This document shows positions 56,300-64,000 of a stretch of 64,000 nt of DNA, piece after piece. This stretch comes from Macrostomum hystrix (Eukaryota; Animalia; Platyhelminthes). The notes below the pieces were generated by a model that was not told the origin of the DNA, made no database searches, and was given only the letters and a program-made list of their open reading frames with translations. The stretch is taken from positions 4,898,001 through 4,962,000 of the forward strand of contig CATNEN010000039.1 of assembly GCA_950097015.1 (NCBI GenBank), in the 5' to 3' direction. The position numbers and the translations under genes are program-made. Position 1 is the stretch's first letter. Every line of letters begins with the position of its first letter.

Positions 56300-59200
56300 T
56301 GGTAGTTCAGTCTGAGGATCTGAGATAATAGTAGCTCAGTGTGAGAATATGGGATAATAGTAGCTCAGTCTGAGAATATGGGATAATAGTAGCTCAGTCT
56401 GAGGATATGGGATAATAGTAGCTCAGTCTGAGAATATGGGATAATAGTAGCTCAGTGTGAGGATCTGTGAGAATAGTAGCTCAGTCTGAGGATATGGGAT
56501 AATAGTAGCTCAGTCTGAGGATCTGGGTGAATAGTAGCTCAGTCTGAGGATCTGTGAGAATAGTAGCTCAGTCTGAGGATATGGGATAATAGTAGCTCAG
56601 TCTGAGGATCTGGGTGAATAGTAGCTCAGTCTGAGGATCTGGGAGAATAGTAGCTCAGTCTGAGGATCTGTGAGAATTGTAGCTCAGTCTGAGGATCTGG
56701 GATAATAGTAGCTCAGTCTGAGGATCTGTGAGAATTGTAGCTCAGTCTGAGGATCTGGGAGAATAGTAGCTCAGTCTGAGGATCTGGGAGAATTGTAGCT
56801 CAGTCTGAGGATCTGGGAGAATAGTAGCTCAATCTGAGGATCTGTGAGAATAGTAGCTCAGTCTGAGGATCTGTGAGAATTGTAGCTCAGTCTGAGGATC
56901 TGTGAGAATTGTAGCTCAGTCTGAGGATCTGTGAGAATAGTAGCTCAGTCTGAGGATCTGTGAGAATAGTAGCTCAGTCTGAGGATCTGTGAGAATAGTA
57001 GCTCAGTCTGAGGATCTGGGATAATAGTAGCTCAGTCTGAGGATCTGTGAGAATTGTAGCTCAGTCTGAGGATCTGGGAGAATAGTAGCTCAGTCTGAGG
57101 ATCTGTGAGAATTGTAGCTCAGTCTGAGGATCTGGGAGAATAGTAGTTCAATCTGAGGATCTGTGAGAATTGTAGCTCAGTCTGAGGATCTGTGAGAATT
57201 GTAGCTCAGTCTGAGGATCTGTGAGAATTGTAGCTCAGTCTGAGGATCTGTGAGAATAGTAGTTCAATCTGAGGATCTGTGAGAATTGTAGCTCAGTCTG
57301 AGGATCTGTGAGAATAGTAGCTCAATCTGAGGATCTGGGAGAATAGTAGCTCAATCTGAGGATCTGGGAGAATAGTAGCTCAGTCTGAGGATCTGTGAGA
57401 ATAGTAGCTCAATCTGAGGATCTGGGAGAATAGTAGCTCAATCTGAGGATCTGGGAGAATAGTAGCTCAGTCTGAGGATCTGGGAGAATAGTAGCTCAAT
57501 CTGAGGATCTGGGAGAATAGTAGCTCAGTCTGAGGATCTGTGAGAATAGTAGCTCAATCTGAGGATCTGTGAGAATAGAAGCTCAATCTGAGGATCTGTG
57601 AGAATAGTAGCTCAATCTGAGGATCTGTGAGAATAGAAGCTCAATCTGAGGATCTGTGAGAATAGTAGCTCAGTCTGAGGATCTGTGAGAATAGTAGCTC
57701 AGTCTGAGGATATGGGATAATAGTAGCTCAGTCTGAGGATCTGGGTGAATAGTAGCTCAGTCTGAGGATCTGTGAGAATAGTAGCTCAATCTGAGGATCT
57801 GTGAGAATAGTAGCTCAGTCTGAGGATATGGGATAATAGTAGCTCAGTCTGAGGATCTGTGAGAATTGTAGCTCAGTCTGAGGATCTGGGAGAATAGTAG
57901 CTCAATCTGAGGATCTGTGAGAATAGTAGCTCAATCTGAGGATCTGGGAGAATAGTAGCTCAATCTGAGGATCTGTGAGAATAGTAGCTCAATCTGAGGA
58001 TCTGTGAGAATAGTAGCTCAGTCTGAGGACCTGTGAGAATTGTAGCTCAGTCTGAGGATCTGGGAGAATAGTAGCTCAATCTGAGGATCTGTGAGAATAG
58101 TAGCTCAATCTGAGGATCTGAGAGAATAGTAGCTCAGTCTGAGGATCTGTGAGAATAGTAGCTCAGTCTGAGGATCTGTGAGAATAGTAGCTCAATCTGA
58201 GGATCTGAGAGAATAGTAGCTCAGTCTGAGGATCTGTGAGAATAGTAGCTCAGTCTGAGGATATGGGATAATAGTAGCTCAGTCTGAGGATCTGGGTGAA
58301 TAGTAGCTCAGTCTGAGGATCTGTGAGAATAGTAGCTCAGTCTGAGGATATGGGATAATAGTAGCTCAGTCTGAGGATCTGGGTGAATAGTAGCTCAGTC
58401 TGAGGATCTGGGAGAATAGTAGCTCAGTCTGAGGATCTGTGAGAATTGTAGCTCAGTCTGAGGATCTGGGATAATAGTAGCTCAGTCTGAGGATCTGTGA
58501 GAATTGTAGCTCAGTCTGAGGATCTGGGAGAATAGTAGCTCAGTCTGAGGATCTGGGAGAATTGTAGCTCAGTCTGAGGATCTGGGAGAATAGTAGCTCA
58601 ATCTGAGGATCTGTGAGAATAGTAGCTCAGTCTGAGGATCTGTGAGAATTGTAGCTCAGTCTGAGGATCTGTGAGAATTGTAGCTCAGTCTGAGGATCTG
58701 TGAGAATAGTAGCTCAGTCTGAGGATCTGTGAGAATAGTAGCTCAGTCTGAGGATCTGTGAGAATAGTAGCTCAGTCTGAGGATCTGGGATAATAGTAGC
58801 TCAGTCTGAGGATCTGTGAGAATTGTAGCTCAGTCTGAGGATCTGGGAGAATAGTAGCTCAGTCTGAGGATCTGTGAGAATTGTAGCTCAGTCTGAGGAT
58901 CTGGGAGAATAGTAGTTCAATCTGAGGATCTGTGAGAATTGTAGCTCAGTCTGAGGATCTGTGAGAATTGTAGCTCAGTCTGAGGATCTGTGAGAATTGT
59001 AGCTCAGTCTGAGGATCTGTGAGAATAGTAGTTCAATCTGAGGATCTGTGAGAATTGTAGCTCAGTCTGAGGATCTGTGAGAATAGTAGCTCAATCTGAG
59101 GATCTGGGAGAATAGTAGCTCAATCTGAGGATCTGGGAGAATAGTAGCTCAGTCTGAGGATCTGTGAGAATAGTAGCTCAATCTGAGGATCTGGGAGAAT

Positions 59201-62200
59201 AGTAGCTCAATCTGAGGATCTGGGAGAATAGTAGCTCAGTCTGAGGATCTGGGAGAATAGTAGCTCAATCTGAGGATCTGGGAGAATAGTAGCTCAGTCT
59301 GAGGATCTGTGAGAATAGTAGCTCAATCTGAGGATCTGTGAGAATAGAAGCTCAATCTGAGGATCTGTGAGAATAGTAGCTCAATCTGAGGATCTGTGAG
59401 AATAGAAGCTCAATCTGAGGATCTGTGAGAATAGTAGCTCAGTCTGAGGATCTGTGAGAATAGTAGCTCAGTCTGAGGATATGGGATAATAGTAGCTCAG
59501 TCTGAGGATCTGGGTGAATAGTAGCTCAGTCTGAGGATCTGTGAGAATAGTAGCTCAATCTGAGGATCTGTGAGAATAGTAGCTCAGTCTGAGGATATGG
59601 GATAATAGTAGCTCAGTCTGAGGATCTGTGAGAATTGTAGCTCAGTCTGAGGATCTGGGAGAATAGTAGCTCAATCTGAGGATCTGTGAGAATAGTAGCT
59701 CAATCTGAGGATCTGGGAGAATAGTAGCTCAATCTGAGGATCTGTGAGAATAGTAGCTCAGTCTGAGGATCTGTGAGAATAGTAGCTCAATCTGAGGATC
59801 TGAGAGAATAGTAGCTCAGTCTGAGGATCTGTGAGAATAGTAGCTCAGTCTGAGGATATGGGATAATAGTAGCTCAGTCTGAGGATCTGGGTGAATAGTA
59901 GCTCAGTCTGAGGATCTGTGAGAATAGTAGCTCAGTCTGAGGATATGGGATAATAGTAGCTCAGTCTGAGGATCTGGGTGAATAGTAGCTCAGTCTGAGG
60001 ATCTGGGAGAATAGTAGCTCAGTCTGAGGATCTGTGAGAATTGTAGCTCAGTCTGAGGATCTGGGATAATAGTAGCTCAGTCTGAGGATCTGTGAGAATT
60101 GTAGCTCAGTCTGAGGATCTGGGAGAATAGTAGCTCAGTCTGAGGATCTGGGAGAATTGTAGCTCAGTCTGAGGATCTGGGAGAATAGTAGCTCAATCTG
60201 AGGATCTGTGAGAATAGTAGCTCAGTCTGAGGATCTGTGAGAATTGTAGCTCAGTCTGAGGATCTGTGAGAATTGTAGCTCAGTCTGAGGATCTGTGAGA
60301 ATAGTAGCTCAGTCTGAGGATCTGTGAGAATAGTAGCTCAGTCTGAGGATCTGTGAGAATAGTAGCTCAGTCTGAGGATCTGGGATAATAGTAGCTCAGT
60401 CTGAGGATCTGTGAGAATTGTAGCTCAGTCTGAGGATCTGGGAGAATAGTAGCTCAGTCTGAGGATCTGTGAGAATTGTAGCTCAGTCTGAGGATCTGGG
60501 AGAATAGTAGTTCAATCTGAGGATCTGTGAGAATTGTAGCTCAGTCTGAGGATCTGTGAGAATTGTAGCTCAGTCTGAGGATCTGTGAGAATTGTAGCTC
60601 AGTCTGAGGATCTGTGAGAATAGTAGTTCAATCTGAGGATCTGTGAGAATTGTAGCTCAGTCTGAGGATCTGTGAGAATAGTAGCTCAATCTGAGGATCT
60701 GGGAGAATAGTAGCTCAATCTGAGGATCTGGGAGAATAGTAGCTCAGTCTGAGGATCTGTGAGAATAGTAGCTCAATCTGAGGATCTGGGAGAATAGTAG
60801 CTCAATCTGAGGATCTGGGAGAATAGTAGCTCAGTCTGAGGATCTGGGAGAATAGTAGCTCAATCTGAGGATCTGGGAGAATAGTAGCTCAGTCTGAGGA
60901 TCTGTGAGAATAGTAGCTCAATCTGAGGATCTGTGAGAATAGAAGCTCAATCTGAGGATCTGTGAGAATAGTAGCTCAATCTGAGGATCTGTGAGAATAG
61001 AAGCTCAATCTGAGGATCTGTGAGAATAGTAGCTCAGTCTGAGGATCTGTGAGAATAGTAGCTCAGTCTGAGGATATGGGATAATAGTAGCTCAGTCTGA
61101 GGATCTGGGTGAATAGTAGCTCAGTCTGAGGATCTGTGAGAATAGTAGCTCAATCTGAGGATCTGTGAGAATAGTAGCTCAGTCTGAGGATATGGGATAA
61201 TAGTAGCTCAGTCTGAGGATCTGTGAGAATTGTAGCTCAGTCTGAGGATCTGGGAGAATAGTAGCTCAATCTGAGGATCTGTGAGAATAGTAGCTCAATC
61301 TGAGGATCTGGGAGAATAGTAGCTCAATCTGAGGATCTGTGAGAATAGTAGCTCAATCTGAGGATCTGTGAGAATAGTAGCTCAGTCTGAGGACCTGTGA
61401 GAATTGTAGCTCAGTCTGAGGATCTGGGAGAATAGTAGCTCAATCTGAGGATCTGTGAGAATAGTAGCTCAATCTGAGGATCTGAGAGAATAGTAGCTCA
61501 GTCTGAGGATCTGTGAGAATAGTAGCTCAGTCTGAGGATCTGTGAGAATAGTAGCTCAATCTGAGGATCTGAGAGAATAGTAGCTCAATCTGAGGATCTG
61601 GGAGAATAGTAGCTCAATCTGAGGATCTGTGAGAATAGTAGCTCAGTCTGAGGATCTGTGAGAATTGTAGCTCAGTCTGAGGATCTGTGAGAATAGTAGC
61701 TCAATCTGAGGATCTGTGAGAATAGTAGCTCAATCTGAGGATCTGGGAGAATAGTAGCTCAATCTGAGGATCTGTGAGAATAGTAGCTCAATCTGAGGAT
61801 CTGGGAGAATAGAAGCTCAGTCTGAGGATCTGGGAGAATAGTAGCTCAGTCTGAGGATCTGGGAGAATAGTAGCTCAATCTGAGGATCTGGGAGAATAGT
61901 AGCTCAATCTGAGGATCTGTGAGAATAGTAGCTCAATCTGAGGATCTGTGAGAATAGTAGCTCAATCTGAGGATCTGGGAGAATTGTAGCTCAGTCTGAG
62001 GATCTGGGAGAATAGTAGCTCAATCTGAGGATCTGTGAGAATAGTAGCTCAATCTGAGGATCTGTGAGAATAGTAGCTCAATCTGAGGATCTGGGAGAAT
62101 AGTAGCTCAGTCTGAGGATCTGGGATTATAGTAGCTCAGTCTGAGGATCTGGGATTATAGTAGCTCAGTCTGAGAATATGGGAGAATTGTAGCTCAATCT

Positions 62201-64000
62201 GAGGATCTGTGAGAATTGTAGCTCAGTCTGAGGATCTGGGAGAATAGTAGCTCAATCTGAGGATCTGTGAGAATTGTAGCTCAGTCTGAGGATCTGTGAG
62301 AATTGTAGCTCAGTCTGAGGATCTGTGAGAATTGTAGCTCAGTCTGAGGATCTGGGAGAATAGTAGCTCAATCTGAGGATCTGTGAGAATAGTAGCTCAG
62401 TCTGAGGATCTGTGAGAATTGTAGCTCAGTCTGAGGATCTGGGAGAATAGTAGCTCAATCTGAGGATCTGTGAGAATTGTAGCTCAGTCTGAGGATCTGG
62501 GAGAATAGTAGTTCAATCTGAGGATCTGTGAGAATAGTAGCTCAATCTGAGGATCTGGGAGAATAGTAGCTCAATCTGAGGATCTGTGAGAATAGTAGCT
62601 CAATCTGAGGATCTGTGAGAATAGTAGCTCAATCTGAGGATCTGGGAGAATAGTAGTTCAATCTGAGGATCTGTGAGAATAGTAGCTCAATCTGAGGATC
62701 TGTGAGAATTGTAGCTCAGTCTGAGGATCTGTGAGAATAGTAGCTCAATCTGAGGATCTGGGAGAATAGTAGCTCAGTCTGAGGATCTGGGAGAATAGTA
62801 GTTCAATCTGAGGATCTGTGAGAATTGTAGCTCAGTCTGAGGATCTGGGAGAATTGTAGCTCAGTCTGAGGATCTGTGAGAATTGTAGCTCAGTCTGAGG
62901 ATCTGTGAGAATTGTAGCTCAGTCTGAGGATCTGTGAGAATTGTAGCTCAGTCTGAGGATCTGGGAGAATAGTAGCTCAATCTGAGGATCTGTGAGAATA
63001 GTAGCTCAGTCTGAGGATCTGTGAGAATTGTAGCTCAGTCTGAGGATCTGTGAGAATTGTAGCTCAGTCTGAGGATCTGTGAGAATTGTAGCTCAGTCTG
63101 AGGATCTGTGAGAATTGTAGCTCAGTCTGAGGATCTGTGAGAATTGTAGCTCAGTCTGAGGATCTGTGAGAATTGTAGCTCAGTCTGAGGATCTGTGAGA
63201 ATTGTAGCTCAGTCTGAGGATCTGTGAGAATTGTAGCTCAGTCTGAGGATCTGTGAGAATTGTAGCTCAGTCTGAGGATCTGTGAGAATTGTAGCTCAGT
63301 CTGAGGATCTGTGAGAATTGTAGCTCAGTCTGAGGATCTGTGAGAATTGTAGCTCAGTCTGAGGATCTGTGAGAATTGTAGCTCAGTCTGAGGATCTGTG
63401 AGAATTGTAGCTCAGTCTGAGGATCTGTGAGAATTGTAGCTCAATCTGAGGATCTGTGAGAATAGTAGTTCAATCTGAGGATCTGTGAGAATAGTAGCTC
63501 AATCTGAGGATCTGTGAGAATTGTAGCTCAGTCTGAGGATCTGGGTGAATAGTAGCTCAATCTGAGGATCTGTGAGAATTGTAGCTCAGTCTGAGGATCT
63601 GGGAGAATAGTAGCTCAATCTGAGGATCTGTGAGAATTGTAGCTCAGTCTGAGGATCTGTGAGAATAGTAGCTCAGTCTGAGGATCTGTGAGAATTGTAG
63701 CTCAGTCTGAGGATCTGGGAGAATAGTAGTTCAATCTGAGGATCTGTGAGAATAGTAGCTCAATCTGAGGATCTGTGAGAATAGTAGCTCAATCTGAGGA
63801 TCTGTGAGAATAGTAGCTCAATCTGAGGATCTGGGAGAATAGTAGCTCAGTCTGAGGATCTGGGATTATAGTAGCTCAGTCTGAGGATCTGGGATTATAG
63901 TAGCTCAGTCTGAGAATATGGGAGAATTGTAGTTTAGTCTGAGGATCTGGGAGAATAGTAGTTCAATCTGAGGATCTGTGAGAATTGTAGCTCAATCTGA
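56300..64000 (+). repeat. 29-bp satellite (tagtagctcagtctgaggatctgtgagaa), more than 260 copies, in an HS2ST intron, running off the window end
   Basis: Constant 29-bp period with higher-order blocks. Confidence 0.98.

Overview
Eukaryotic (metazoan) genomic DNA with GT-AG introns. It is probably a free-living flatworm, Macrostomum-like; this is inferred from an EF-hand/dynein-light-chain TAL gene and from minisatellite-filled introns. I reconstructed seven spliced genes by hand, with phase-consistent splice junctions: a PCIF1/CAPAM-like m6A methyltransferase (5' partial), a PLP class-V C-S lyase (Egt2/LCD-like), an ETS transcription factor, a highly degenerate hexokinase homolog, a TAL-type EF-hand-DLC protein, an SLC5 Na+/solute symporter, and the 3' part of HS2ST1. 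There is also a candidate intronless orphan gene. Mobile elements are three copies of a tRNA-derived SINE and an internally deleted Tc1/IS630-type transposon with TIRs. About half of the window is about 30 different minisatellite arrays, and most long ORFs in the ORF track are artefacts of these. Most notable: (1) a 27-fold tandem amplification of a splice acceptor plus a frame-preserving 54-nt exon segment in the PCIF1-like gene; (2) an intact hexokinase-fold gene that keeps glucose-binding residues but has eroded ATP-binding motifs, a candidate pseudo-enzyme or sugar sensor; (3) minisatellites whose units are consensus transcription-factor sites (ETS CCGGAAGTG; ARE GTGACTGAGCA).
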